Shown here: in pieces, positions 48,951 through 59,180 of the stretch | Position numbering within the stretch: the stretch's first letter is position 1 | Layout: each line of letters opens with the position of its first letter | Source: a virus | Length of the DNA: 64,000 nucleotides | Reading direction: 5' to 3' (one strand) | UHGV virus genome: UHGV-0305822 | Translations under genes and position numbers: made by a program | Notes under the pieces: generated by a model | The model's database searches: none | Told to the model about the DNA's origin: nothing | The model's input: only the letters and a program-made list of their open reading frames with translations

Positions 48951-50570
48951 GTGAATAAACTTAATTGGGTTGACTTTTATCTGCTCAATGTAAACAAGTC
49001 TCTTGTGTCGCGATTACGACCCGTCACGACCACGGATACTTTCCAGGGGTTAACAAAAAACTTTCACCCCGAAGGTCTTTACTCTACAGAGATATTTGGA
49101 CTCACGGGGAGTGAAGCGCGAGACTCTACTTTCTCTTATATCGATATTAAACTCGATATCATTTCGCCGACGGTGTGTTTGGCGTTATTCCAACTCAAAC
49201 AACTCTACGAAGAAATTTGTTCTGGAAAACGCTACGCAACGTGGAGCGAAAAAGAAAAAGATTTCGAACCGGCCTTGCCGGGAGACCCAGGCGCAGATAC
49301 CGGTTTTAACTTCTTCCTCAGTCACTATAACGATTTAAAACCTAAGCGTAACGAGTCCCTACAACGTGACGAAACCGTGGATTTCTTTTTGAAATTCCGT
49401 CCCGTTAGTCTTAGTCGATACGTTCTCGTGTTACCCGCGGGTTTACGCGATTTAGTAATTCGACAAGATGGTAGAGAACAGGAAGAAGAAATCGGCGGGA
49501 TGTATCGTCGGTTGGTATCACTCGCCAGGGCGATCCCTGACCGAGCAACCCGTGTTGAATTAACTAACCCCGTACGCTGGAAGCTGCAACAAACCTTCAA
49601 CGATATCTGGATGTATTTCTTTAACATCCAAGACGGTAAAGGGGGTTTCCAACGTCGTAAAGTGACGTCTCGTAAATTAATGAACGGGACACGTAACGTA
49701 CTGTCCTCGTTCTCGACGGGGTCTAAGTGCATGGGTCGTGAAGACGCTATTCGTCCCACCGACACCAAAATTGGTTTATACCAGGGTTTAAAAGCATTAC
49801 TCCCCGTTGCGCAATACCAGATACGTGAACGTTACCTCGGTAACATCCGTGCTGGTGACGGCAACCTTTACGGCGTAAACACCAAAACCCTTAAACGTGA
49901 ATTCTTGGAAGTAGGTGGTCGTGTATACGACACCTTTACCACCGACGATGGGATTGAATCCTTAATCAACCGAATGGAAGCTCGCGAGCTTCGCCATCAG
50001 CCGATTATGTTGGACGACACCCACTACGTTGCGTTGGTTTACCAAGACACCAAACATTTTAAGGTGTTCTACGATATTGAAGAACTTCCTAAAACGTTTG
50101 ACCGAAAATTCGTTCACGGTATGACGCTCGTCGAATTGCTTTATTTGTCGGGCTACGAACTTTGGAACGATTATTTCGGTTTCGTTACACGTTATCCCGT
50201 TACAGGCCGAGGCTCGACGTATTCATCGACCATAAGATTGGAGACCACCACATCATCTTTATACTTAAAAGAACTGGAAGATGACTGGGAAACTGAAAAA
50301 CCCCGAGGGGCTATCAGCTACCCTGACCGGTCGGTTCCTACCTTCGTTGAGTCTATGGCACCACACCCCTCACGTCTAGGTGGCTTAGGGGGTGACTACG
50401 ACGGCGATACCGGGTCGTTTAACGCGCCCATGTCCCAGGAAGCGCTCGAGGAAAACCGGAATTGGATACACTCGAAAAACTACTGGTTCGATTCTGATGG
50501 GAACTTTAAAATCAATCCTATCAACAACGTGATTAAACGTGCAACGCAAGCGTTATTAAAGAACCCATAA
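48951..50570 (+). CDS. multisubunit RNA polymerase beta-prime-like subunit, N-terminal half including catalytic site (phage split RNAP)
   Basis: FHPEGLYSTEIFG resembles beta-prime KPERDGLFCARIFGP; VLVLPAGLRDLV resembles LPVLPPDLRPLV; GKGGFQRRKV resembles GKQGRFRQNL; DYDGD at 50394..50408 resembles NADFDGD; GTG start after aggag. Confidence 0.7.
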   Translation: MNKLNWVDFYLLNVNKSLVSRLRPVTTTDTFQGLTKNFHPEGLYSTEIFGLTGSEARDSTFSYIDIKLDIISPTVCLALFQLKQLYEEICSGKRYATWSEKEKDFEPALPGDPGADTGFNFFLSHYNDLKPKRNESLQRDETVDFFLKFRPVSLSRYVLVLPAGLRDLVIRQDGREQEEEIGGMYRRLVSLARAIPDRATRVELTNPVRWKLQQTFNDIWMYFFNIQDGKGGFQRRKVTSRKLMNGTRNVLSSFSTGSKCMGREDAIRPTDTKIGLYQGLKALLPVAQYQIRERYLGNIRAGDGNLYGVNTKTLKREFLEVGGRVYDTFTTDDGIESLINRMEARELRHQPIMLDDTHYVALVYQDTKHFKVFYDIEELPKTFDRKFVHGMTLVELLYLSGYELWNDYFGFVTRYPVTGRGSTYSSTIRLETTTSSLYLKELEDDWETEKPRGAISYPDRSVPTFVESMAPHPSRLGGLGGDYDGDTGSFNAPMSQEALEENRNWIHSKNYWFDSDGNFKINPINNVIKRATQALLKNP

Positions 50571-50579
50571 GGCTAAGCA

Positions 50580-53500
50580 ATGCTGCTCATTAAACAGTTT
50601 AACCAACGCTTCTCGGTGCGTAAAACTGACGAGTTTGGTAATCCGAGGATTATCCCGCTCGAGAAGCTACAGATACCACGTGGTTCTGTACTCCATGTCA
50701 TTGATCTCGACCAGGTGGTATTAGCGCCACCTGCAACACTCGAGATTATTCAACCGTTAGAAAAACCTGCACAGGTTCGTCACCACTTTAAATTACCGGA
50801 AGACGGTATTAGCGGCCATCCGCGCAACAAACCTGTTCAGGGCCAAGAACGTGCTATCTTTGCCTACCACCGTGCAAACCGCCCGATGCGTCGTCTTACC
50901 TCAGACGATCTGGTTCGCAAAGACTTAAAAGTTCTCCTGGTCGAGAACTACACACCAATGCTATCGCACTACTACTATCCTGACACCCAGTTAGCCTGGT
51001 ACGATAGACTGCGTAACATCCAACTGTTGATGATTAACCAGTTCAAATACGACACGCAAGAATACATGCGTCAGAACTATTTCGTTATTGAACTGGGTTC
51101 GACTCTACCTTCGTTCCAGAAGTTTCAAACAACCTATAACGACCGCGTTAAGAGCAAGATTGAGAAGTTCCAGGACTTCAACTTGCTGTGGCTATTGGAG
51201 TTGTTTGCTTGGGCTTATGGAAAACAATCCGATTCCTTATTCTCGGGAATGGATTTAACTCAGCTGTCACGAATGAACTTTATCTTCACCCACAACACGG
51301 GCTTTACGTCCATGAACATGGGTGTTGTAGAGAAAATGCGTAAGTCGTCCGGCGGTCGTTTAAGTGACGACCAAATGGCCAGGATGTTCTACCGTACGCT
51401 GGTGCGTGTAATGACACAAGCACCGTCTAACGCGTACGAAGCGGAATTCCTAACGCCTGAAGGTGACGAGCGTGTTTTCCTTAAAGACGTCGAAGAAGAA
51501 ACCGTTGATGTTGTCGACGATGACGATGTTGTTAATGACGCTGTGGTGGAATCCGATAACACCTTCGATGAAAAAGAAGACGTTGTTATTGAAGAACCGA
51601 AGGAAGACGTCAAACCGACGACCATCGTCGTCGAGAAAGTCATTCCGCACGACGAGATTATTAAACAGGAAGCACAACGCTTAGCTGAAGCGGGCCGCTT
51701 AAGTTCTAAAGCATATCAGTTCCTGTCAGAATCGTCTAAACGTTTCGTTCAGCTGCCTAACCCGTATAACCCGAAAGAAACCTACGGGGAAGCACTGACT
51801 GTTCACGAGAAAGATATCGTCGTTAAGGCCGAACCGAAAAAAGTTCAGCGGCTTGTTACCGATGAAGGGTGGGCAGAGAACGTCACCGACCAAATGGTGA
51901 AACAATACAACCAGACCATGATGACCAAAGACGTACTGGCGGCGGTCGCCAGTTCACAACGTTTGGGTCTGGCGGTTCACAACCACACGGTGGAAAAAGA
52001 AGTTTCTGTTACAGGAACTATCGAGCACCACACTTTACGTGTTCAGCCAGTCGGTGGTGAGCCAACAACAGTTCGCTTCTCTATCCCGGGCTTGACCGAG
52101 GACGGTACTTGGGTCGCTAATGGTGTCGAATACACCATGCGTCGCCAACGTGTGGACTTACCGATTCGTAAGGTTGCACCGGATACTGTCGCACTGACTA
52201 CCGCCTACGGTAAAAACTTTGTCCGTCGTAGTGATAAGGTCGCGAACGATTACGGTCGTTGGTTAACCAACGCGATTATCACACGCGCCGTTGACCCGAC
52301 AAACACCGAAGTCACCGATGCACGTTTAGCAAATGTGTTCGATCCTACGCAACATCTGCCTCGTCAGTATACGGAGATTGCACGTCGTATTGCCAGCTTT
52401 AATGCGAACGGCTATATGTGGAACTTCGACTACAAAGAAACCGTTAACTTCTTTAACGACGAGCAACTCAGAGACGCCGATGCTGCCAAACTTCTGCCAG
52501 TGGCGAAACGTCCGCGTAGTGAAACAATCCTGGCAATGGATGACAAATCCATGCTTTACGGTGTAAAAGGAAACAAAGTTGAACCGGTGGGGACTATCGC
52601 AGAGGTACTGGGCTTTAATAACCAGAAAGTGCCTCGCGAAATGACCGAGCTGTCTTTGATGGGTAAATCTTTGTCGCTTGGTTTTATCTTCTCGTTCTAT
52701 CTTGGACTCCAGGGAATGTTGAAACATTTCGGTATCCAGTACGAGTTGGTTCCTACAGGACAGCGTGTTGATAAGAATGCCTACGACAGTATTATTCGAC
52801 TACAAGACTGTAAACTTTTAGTTACTTGCGATAACGATCAGCAGAGGATGATTCTGCATGGTTTGGATCGCTATCTCAAACACCTGGTTGCTTATACCGA
52901 ATCAGAAGCAGACCGAGAAGACATTTACCTGAACTTATTACGTGAAGCAGATGGCCTAACACCACGGTACATCAACGAGCTGAAACAGATGCGGTCCGCG
53001 TTTGTTGACGACATGCACGCACGTATCCTCAGGAAAATGGGTGAGCCGGAAACCTTTATTGGCTTGCTGGAACGTTCTAACGAACTGTTACAAACCGACC
53101 ACTCTTTACCAGAGATTAACGGCGATGAAATGATGTTCTTAGGAAATCAGAGGATTGCCTACCACATCTATACTGCGATGGTCAGAGCGATGCGTAACTA
53201 CAATAACGCACCGGGCAGTAACCGTAAGTTCGAACTGACGCAAGACATGGTTTGGGGTGCTATTAACTCCGACCCGTCGGTACTTTTGGCACCAGGCGCT
53301 AACCCTATCCAGTCAATTAAAGAAAAAGACGTTATTACGATGGGGGGTACAGGTGGTCGTAATCGTAAAACGATGGTCTACCACACGCGTGAGTTCCAAC
53401 CCAGTGATATCGGGATAGTCTCGGGTAACACCGTAGATAACGGCGACGTAGGGATTACTGCTTTCGTCACCAATAACCCACGTTTTGACACCGTTGACGG

Positions 53501-54746
53501 TACTACGTTTAAGCGTGAAGAGAAAACCCCGAAACCGAGCGATACCCTTTCGTTTATTGACGGGTTAGTACCCGATACGTTAATGGACGATGCAAAACGT
53601 CAAAACTTCGTTGGGATTCAGTTAGGTTCTGCCACCAGTTGTAATGGGGCAACCACAACCCCGTATCGTACTGAACAGGAGAAATTCGTCGCTCACCGTA
53701 CTTCGGTGAAACATGCACGCGTTATTGATAAAGCAGGTAAGATTACTGGTCTGTCGAAAGACCACATTGAAATTACGTACGAAGATGGAAGTAAAGAAGC
53801 CTTTCCTCTAGGGCGCTGGTTCGGCCCCCACGAAGGTACCTTCTATCCGCACACCTTGGTAACACGCTGGAAAGCCGGTGACAAGCTCCCGGCCGGAGCA
53901 GTGATTACGTACAACGAGCAACACTTTGAACCTGATATTTACGATCCTACTCAGGTTTCCTGGAAAAACGGGGTGCTGGCCACCGTTGCTTTATTAGAAG
54001 CTGAAGAAGTTATCGAAGACTCCAACGCAATTTCTGAACGGTTCGCGAAGAAAATGGTGGGGCAGGTAACAAAGCTGAAAGAAGTGACGATTAACAGCAA
54101 CCAGATGCTTTTGGAAATCGTGAATGAGGGCGACCACGTAGACGTCGATACAATCCTATGCACGTTTACTGACGACTTGACGGGCGATATGAGTGCCTTT
54201 AGTCAGGAAGCAGCCGCAACGTTGCAAAGTTTAAGTTCGTACGCACCTCGTGCAGGGGTACGTGGTATCGTGGATAAAATCGAAGTGGTGTATCACGGTG
54301 AAACCGAAGACATGACGCCAAGCCTTGCTGAACTGGTGCGTAAATACGACAGAATTCGTCGTAAAGCCGCACTGGCAGTCGGACGCGGTGATCCGGTTTC
54401 AGGCAGTGTAAACGGCGACTACCGTGTCGAAGGTGTACCCTTGGCCTTTAACTCACTTTGTGTTCGATTCTTTATTACACACGACGTTGAGATGGCCGCT
54501 GCGGATAAGATGGTTATTGCTAACCAGCTAAAAACCACCGTACAAGAAGTCATGTACGGGGATAACAAAACAGAGGATGGTGATGACCTGGACGTGTTGT
54601 TCGGTCGTGATTCCGTCGATGCGCGTATCGTAGGTTCAATCCAACGTATCGGTACCGCGAATGCTGTAGGTGAACAAGCCGGGATTCTCATCGGGCGTAT
54701 ACTCGATGGGGAGGCTGTGCCTGATTTACCCGCGACACTTAAATAA
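50580..54746 (+). CDS. large protein, probable second RNAP subunit (beta-prime C-terminal-like or beta-like; unassigned)
   Basis: 1388-aa ORF immediately downstream of the beta-prime-N-like gene; DIGIVSGNTVDNGDVGITAF weakly resembles the beta-prime segment [22 protein letters not shown]; acidic insertion at about 51490..51630. Confidence 0.45.
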   Translation: MLLIKQFNQRFSVRKTDEFGNPRIIPLEKLQIPRGSVLHVIDLDQVVLAPPATLEIIQPLEKPAQVRHHFKLPEDGISGHPRNKPVQGQERAIFAYHRANRPMRRLTSDDLVRKDLKVLLVENYTPMLSHYYYPDTQLAWYDRLRNIQLLMINQFKYDTQEYMRQNYFVIELGSTLPSFQKFQTTYNDRVKSKIEKFQDFNLLWLLELFAWAYGKQSDSLFSGMDLTQLSRMNFIFTHNTGFTSMNMGVVEKMRKSSGGRLSDDQMARMFYRTLVRVMTQAPSNAYEAEFLTPEGDERVFLKDVEEETVDVVDDDDVVNDAVVESDNTFDEKEDVVIEEPKEDVKPTTIVVEKVIPHDEIIKQEAQRLAEAGRLSSKAYQFLSESSKRFVQLPNPYNPKETYGEALTVHEKDIVVKAEPKKVQRLVTDEGWAENVTDQMVKQYNQTMMTKDVLAAVASSQRLGLAVHNHTVEKEVSVTGTIEHHTLRVQPVGGEPTTVRFSIPGLTEDGTWVANGVEYTMRRQRVDLPIRKVAPDTVALTTAYGKNFVRRSDKVANDYGRWLTNAIITRAVDPTNTEVTDARLANVFDPTQHLPRQYTEIARRIASFNANGYMWNFDYKETVNFFNDEQLRDADAAKLLPVAKRPRSETILAMDDKSMLYGVKGNKVEPVGTIAEVLGFNNQKVPREMTELSLMGKSLSLGFIFSFYLGLQGMLKHFGIQYELVPTGQRVDKNAYDSIIRLQDCKLLVTCDNDQQRMILHGLDRYLKHLVAYTESEADREDIYLNLLREADGLTPRYINELKQMRSAFVDDMHARILRKMGEPETFIGLLERSNELLQTDHSLPEINGDEMMFLGNQRIAYHIYTAMVRAMRNYNNAPGSNRKFELTQDMVWGAINSDPSVLLAPGANPIQSIKEKDVITMGGTGGRNRKTMVYHTREFQPSDIGIVSGNTVDNGDVGITAFVTNNPRFDTVDGTTFKREEKTPKPSDTLSFIDGLVPDTLMDDAKRQNFVGIQLGSATSCNGATTTPYRTEQEKFVAHRTSVKHARVIDKAGKITGLSKDHIEITYEDGSKEAFPLGRWFGPHEGTFYPHTLVTRWKAGDKLPAGAVITYNEQHFEPDIYDPTQVSWKNGVLATVALLEAEEVIEDSNAISERFAKKMVGQVTKLKEVTINSNQMLLEIVNEGDHVDVDTILCTFTDDLTGDMSAFSQEAAATLQSLSSYAPRAGVRGIVDKIEVVYHGETEDMTPSLAELVRKYDRIRRKAALAVGRGDPVSGSVNGDYRVEGVPLAFNSLCVRFFITHDVEMAAADKMVIANQLKTTVQEVMYGDNKTEDGDDLDVLFGRDSVDARIVGSIQRIGTANAVGEQAGILIGRILDGEAVPDLPATLK

Positions 54747-54753
54747 TCTCGAG

Positions 54754-54772
54754 GGGTGGGTCGCTCCCACCC
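54754..54772 (+). other. intergenic stem-loop
   Basis: gggtgggtcgctcccaccc hairpin after stop 54746; weak U-tract. Confidence 0.3.
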
Positions 54773-54793
54773 TTGTAAACTCCGGAGAAGAGA

Positions 54794-55087
54794 ATGTCTA
54801 TTCTAGATAAAATCAAACAGCGGCACGGTATTCCGACTGGGAAAAATATTACCCAGCAAAACGTGGAGGGATACAGTCCCATTCAACGTACCAACTACGT
54901 GTCTTTAGGTAATACTGTCGAATTAGCAACGGAGATTGTGCATGGTCTGATTCGCGGTAACTCAGGAATGTCTGACCGTATCGGTGATCAGAAACTGCTG
55001 AAACGTGATATCGCAGATCTGGTGGGCGCGCGTTTGTACGCGATGCTTCAGGCGAACATCAGCACGAATAAAGAGGTTAAACAATGA
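54794..55087 (+). CDS. hypothetical protein
   Basis: 97-aa ORF; SD ccggagaagag. Confidence 0.5.
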   Translation: MSILDKIKQRHGIPTGKNITQQNVEGYSPIQRTNYVSLGNTVELATEIVHGLIRGNSGMSDRIGDQKLLKRDIADLVGARLYAMLQANISTNKEVKQ

Positions 55088-56544
55088 TCAGTTTATACTC
55101 GCTGAATGCGGTTACTAACGCCATGAAACTGTGCAAACAGCATAATGTTCAGCTTGGCACAGACGTTGACTCTCCGGTTGATTTGCTCAACCGTGCGGTC
55201 GACCCTACCCGCGTTTTCGATACCACAATCACCGACGAACAGTTCTTCCAGGAACTGCCCGCGATTACGCAGCTTAAACGTCCGGTAGACGGTACGGCAG
55301 AAGCTTCGATTATTCGTGACGGCGCTGTTGAAGTTGAAGCACTGCGTGTTGACGATCATGAAACCACGTTATTCGAACTGAAGAACATGGCCATTCAGCG
55401 TTGCAACGGGATGCTGGATTTTGCCCGTAACGTTGTTCAACCGTTTGTGCAGCTGGTTATCCAAAATAACACGATTGAAGATGTCAAACCGTTGGTTGAA
55501 GACTGGAACCTGATTCCGGTAGGTATCGATCCGTGTGTGGATTCCCCAGTTGTCCAGGCGCTGATTCAAGAAATCGCCAACCCGATGGGCAACGGTACGA
55601 CTTACGACCCGATCAAGTTCGATGTACCGACCGACATCGAGATTCCGGAAACAGGTGTAAAAGCGTATGATGAACTGGTACGTAAATTACTGAACGACCT
55701 GAATCTCAGCATGTACGATGCAGCAAAACTTCTGCTGGCAGGTAACTACACCGTACCTGTTGCAGATAAAGCACCGGAGATGGTAAAAGAACGTGTTCTG
55801 GTACTGCTGTTGTCTTCGTTCTTCATTGAACGTCCGTGGCCTGACTCAGGTGTTGACGCCCTGAAATGGAAAGCGGAAATGGGTCGTGCCTATTACACGT
55901 CTATCGGTTGGGTATACGGTTTCGAAAAAGCGGTGGCTAACCGTGTCGCCACAGGTAACATCGTTTACTCTTACGATACCAACGAGAAAAACGTCTATAT
56001 CTGTCAGGAAACGATGGATGACTACCTGGAAAAAGGTGGTATCGTTGAAGCCCTGTTGGGTGCCATTTACCTGATGGACGAAGGCGACTATAACGTTTCC
56101 GCACGCGTGGCGTCTCTGCTGGAAAACCAGAAAGCCTACGTTGAAGCTTACAATCGTCGTGCAATTATCGTTCAGAAACGAAATGAACTCGACTGGGTAA
56201 GTCGTAACCGTCAGGCACTGAAAACAGCGTTCTCGATTGCAATCGACCAGCTCGACCAGGGCTACCTGACTGTTGGCGAGCTGACGCGCACTCGCGAAGA
56301 AGTCAAACAGGTTGTTATGGGGATTTGTGATGATTTCTTCGTCAACGCAGACGAAGACATTACGTTGTTTATCATCCGGACTGCATGTAACGCCGTATTC
56401 TGCGCCTACGAAATTGATCCGCTGATGCGTGCGATTCATACCGCGATGATTGAGAACACCGATCCGGCAGAAGCCGCAACCAGTTGGATGATTGACTATG
56501 TACTGAACTGGATTGCAGGTTCAGTATTCGTCGATAAACTTTAA
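55084..56544 (+). CDS. hypothetical protein
   Basis: 486-aa ORF with ATGA overlap. Confidence 0.6.
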   Translation: MISLYSLNAVTNAMKLCKQHNVQLGTDVDSPVDLLNRAVDPTRVFDTTITDEQFFQELPAITQLKRPVDGTAEASIIRDGAVEVEALRVDDHETTLFELKNMAIQRCNGMLDFARNVVQPFVQLVIQNNTIEDVKPLVEDWNLIPVGIDPCVDSPVVQALIQEIANPMGNGTTYDPIKFDVPTDIEIPETGVKAYDELVRKLLNDLNLSMYDAAKLLLAGNYTVPVADKAPEMVKERVLVLLLSSFFIERPWPDSGVDALKWKAEMGRAYYTSIGWVYGFEKAVANRVATGNIVYSYDTNEKNVYICQETMDDYLEKGGIVEALLGAIYLMDEGDYNVSARVASLLENQKAYVEAYNRRAIIVQKRNELDWVSRNRQALKTAFSIAIDQLDQGYLTVGELTRTREEVKQVVMGICDDFFVNADEDITLFIIRTACNAVFCAYEIDPLMRAIHTAMIENTDPAEAATSWMIDYVLNWIAGSVFVDKL

Positions 56545-56562
56545 CGCGCTTAGGAGGTGATC

Positions 56563-57291
56563 GTGAGTGCGATTGAAACAGCCCGTCGTGACCCTACTAA
56601 GGTTCATGCGGACTTGGTAAATAACGGCACGGTCACCACTACCAAAGGGGGATGTTACATTTACATCCCCGTTGGGTTTGTGGCGAAAGAGTTGGCGGTT
56701 ATTTCTTCTACGGTAACAATTGTAGGGATCTTTGCGATTTCTACCGACCGTAAAACATATGGGGTGTCCAGCGTTACAACGCTTATGGAGATTACCCCAA
56801 CGGCGTTTGAAGAGATCGACGTCTTTGGTGTTCCTTATTACGAATTTCGTTTTGATCCCGGTACAGTGGTTTTCCCCAACCGCAATTTACAGGTGTTGTC
56901 TCACCCTATTTACAACATTGCGTCGTATATTTACGACTTTGGTAATCGTCCTTTCTGGTTTACTGCAGCGGATGATGCTGAACTCTTGGCACCTGATAAA
57001 GTCAAGAAATGGAACGGTTTTACTGTATTTGCCGATCAGATTACCGCTGACGTTTACGCAGCACACACGCAGCGTAAAGTAGGTGATCCGAGAACGTTCT
57101 TCCGTTACACGCTGAAGAAAGATAGCGATCTTAACAACCCTGTGCAGTTTATTCCATTGCGCAGTGGTTCACTTAACAAAACGTCGAGACTGGCGAAACT
57201 TGCAGACGTAGAACTTAAACGTGGTATTCGTTCTGCGCTACAGGTTGACCCAGTGCGTGCCGAACCGCTCGAAGATTTGTTTATGAGGTAA
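56563..57291 (+). CDS. hypothetical protein
   Basis: GTG 56563 after taggaggtgatc; the track start at 56557 is too close to the SD. Confidence 0.55.
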   Translation: MSAIETARRDPTKVHADLVNNGTVTTTKGGCYIYIPVGFVAKELAVISSTVTIVGIFAISTDRKTYGVSSVTTLMEITPTAFEEIDVFGVPYYEFRFDPGTVVFPNRNLQVLSHPIYNIASYIYDFGNRPFWFTAADDAELLAPDKVKKWNGFTVFADQITADVYAAHTQRKVGDPRTFFRYTLKKDSDLNNPVQFIPLRSGSLNKTSRLAKLADVELKRGIRSALQVDPVRAEPLEDLFMR

Positions 57292-57322
57292 CCTTACCTT
57301 TTACTTTTACTCGGGGAAAACA

Positions 57323-58126
57323 ATGGACAATTTAACACTGCGTTACAACTGCGTAGCGTTAGCCGGTGTTAACGCTCCAGCCACACTGGAGAAAGACGCG
57401 GATGGCTATTACCGCGTACTATTGGGTGCTTTGAATATCTTTAACTCGGAAGGGATTTTTTACGCCTATAACGAGTCTAAGCACGTATTCGAACGCTCGA
57501 ATATCTTTATGCGTAAAGTGAAAGCAGGGAATCTGTTCGGGGAAGAAGATCACCCGGCACCAGAACCCGGTATGACCGAAGCGCAATGGATTGATCGCAA
57601 CGAATGGATTGAGACGAAAAACGTCTGTATGCACATTCGTGAAGTTGAAGTGATTCCAACCGACCAAACCTGTAACGGGTTGCCGGTTATGGAAATCTGG
57701 GGCTGGATTAAGCCGAACCGCGAACGTGGCCCGTACTTGGCAGAAGCGCTCGAAAACCCACACCAGAATGTATGTTTCTCTCTGCGTGCAATCGTACGTG
57801 AAGGTTATGTAGGTGGTGTGAAAACACGTCGCCTGGATCGCCTGGTAACGTTTGACTGGGTTATCGAGGACGGGTTGCAGATTTGTAACAAATACTCTGC
57901 GATTCAACGCGGTAGTAAGGTGGCTCAAGAATCCACACGCGTTCTGCTGGACCGTCGCGTCTCCCTCCAGGCGCTGGAGGACATTCTGCGAAATCCTAAC
58001 ACTACGTCTACCATCGCGACAGAATCTCGTCGTGGTGAAGTTCGTGCGTTAGCGCAGGAGTACCTGGCCATCGCTAATAAGAAAACTAACCTGCGTGTTA
58101 TGGGTTTAGGTAACGGGAAGTGGTAA
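57323..58126 (+). CDS. hypothetical protein
   Basis: 267-aa ORF; SD ggggaaaacaATG. Confidence 0.6.
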   Translation: MDNLTLRYNCVALAGVNAPATLEKDADGYYRVLLGALNIFNSEGIFYAYNESKHVFERSNIFMRKVKAGNLFGEEDHPAPEPGMTEAQWIDRNEWIETKNVCMHIREVEVIPTDQTCNGLPVMEIWGWIKPNRERGPYLAEALENPHQNVCFSLRAIVREGYVGGVKTRRLDRLVTFDWVIEDGLQICNKYSAIQRGSKVAQESTRVLLDRRVSLQALEDILRNPNTTSTIATESRRGEVRALAQEYLAIANKKTNLRVMGLGNGKW

Positions 58127-58765
58127 ATGGCTGATACTATTGAACCTTCGTTGGTGAAGTGGTTAGAGCAACAACTGCCGCGCACCGCAAAGAAAGTTTC
58201 TTTGAAAAAGTTAGATAGCGCCCCGTTGCATATCAGCGATCGAAAGATTTCGGTTTTCACACCTCGGATTCCTTATAGCGTTTACAGAGACGAAGACAAA
58301 ACGGTACCCCGTATTTGCTGCTCTGTCGATTTAGAACGTTGCCTGCGTGGTGTCCGTCGCTACTTTACACCTGCGGAAACCGCAACCGCTGTGCCACGTT
58401 TTTATCTGTATGGGTTCGACGAACGTGATGTTGTCCAGCCCTCGATAGAACTGTCGGCTGAGCCTTACCGCGCTAATGAAGTGTGGATTGTTCCTCACCG
58501 CTTATCGAACTGGGAAATTAAACCCAGTATGGTCGGTGAACTGCGTTTAGTTCGACTGGCAAACAACGGATACACTCACACGTTAGCAGTAGCGCTTAAC
58601 CAAGACGTTCGTTTGAATGCTAACCAGCTATTAAAGGGTGGTTCATTCTACGAGCTTACTGTAGCGTGTAGTGAACGGGAACCTCAGATTACGATTTCTG
58701 ATGCAAAGGAAATCTCTCGGGGTATTTTTGACGCTGCGTTAAACGAATACACTGTAACTCCATAA
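58127..58765 (+). CDS. hypothetical protein
   Basis: 212-aa ORF adjacent to upstream stop. Confidence 0.6.
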   Translation: MADTIEPSLVKWLEQQLPRTAKKVSLKKLDSAPLHISDRKISVFTPRIPYSVYRDEDKTVPRICCSVDLERCLRGVRRYFTPAETATAVPRFYLYGFDERDVVQPSIELSAEPYRANEVWIVPHRLSNWEIKPSMVGELRLVRLANNGYTHTLAVALNQDVRLNANQLLKGGSFYELTVACSEREPQITISDAKEISRGIFDAALNEYTVTP

Positions 58766-58814
58766 TCGCCCAGTTCATGGTCTGCAACCCGAATTTGTCG
58801 ATTGTGAGGGAAGC

Positions 58815-59114
58815 ATGAAAGTGGTTAACATTGCCATACCTCCGACTTTGCAAACTTTAACGCCTGAGGAATTGAAAGCACTAACAATCTATGCCGTTCA
58901 AGAACGTGCTGGAAAGGAAGTGCTTTCTTCGATACTCGCTGAACGTTTTGACACCAAACGTAAAGTCAACAACATTGTCGCAGGTATTTCACAACAAGAT
59001 ATCGCGAAATTTTATTGCGATGTGCGTCAAGCCGGTACCGAAATCGACTTTACACGTACTTACCTCTTGTTAACTGAACCGTTTCGGTTCATTCTTTCGA
59101 TTAAGCAGTCCTAA
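58815..59114 (+). CDS. hypothetical protein
   Basis: 99-aa ORF; SD gagggaagc. Confidence 0.5.
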   Translation: MKVVNIAIPPTLQTLTPEELKALTIYAVQERAGKEVLSSILAERFDTKRKVNNIVAGISQQDIAKFYCDVRQAGTEIDFTRTYLLLTEPFRFILSIKQS

Positions 59115-59180
59115 TTTTTTTATTTTACAATTTCTACCGTTATTGTGTCGGAGGAACTTCTACAAAAAGGATAATCAAAA

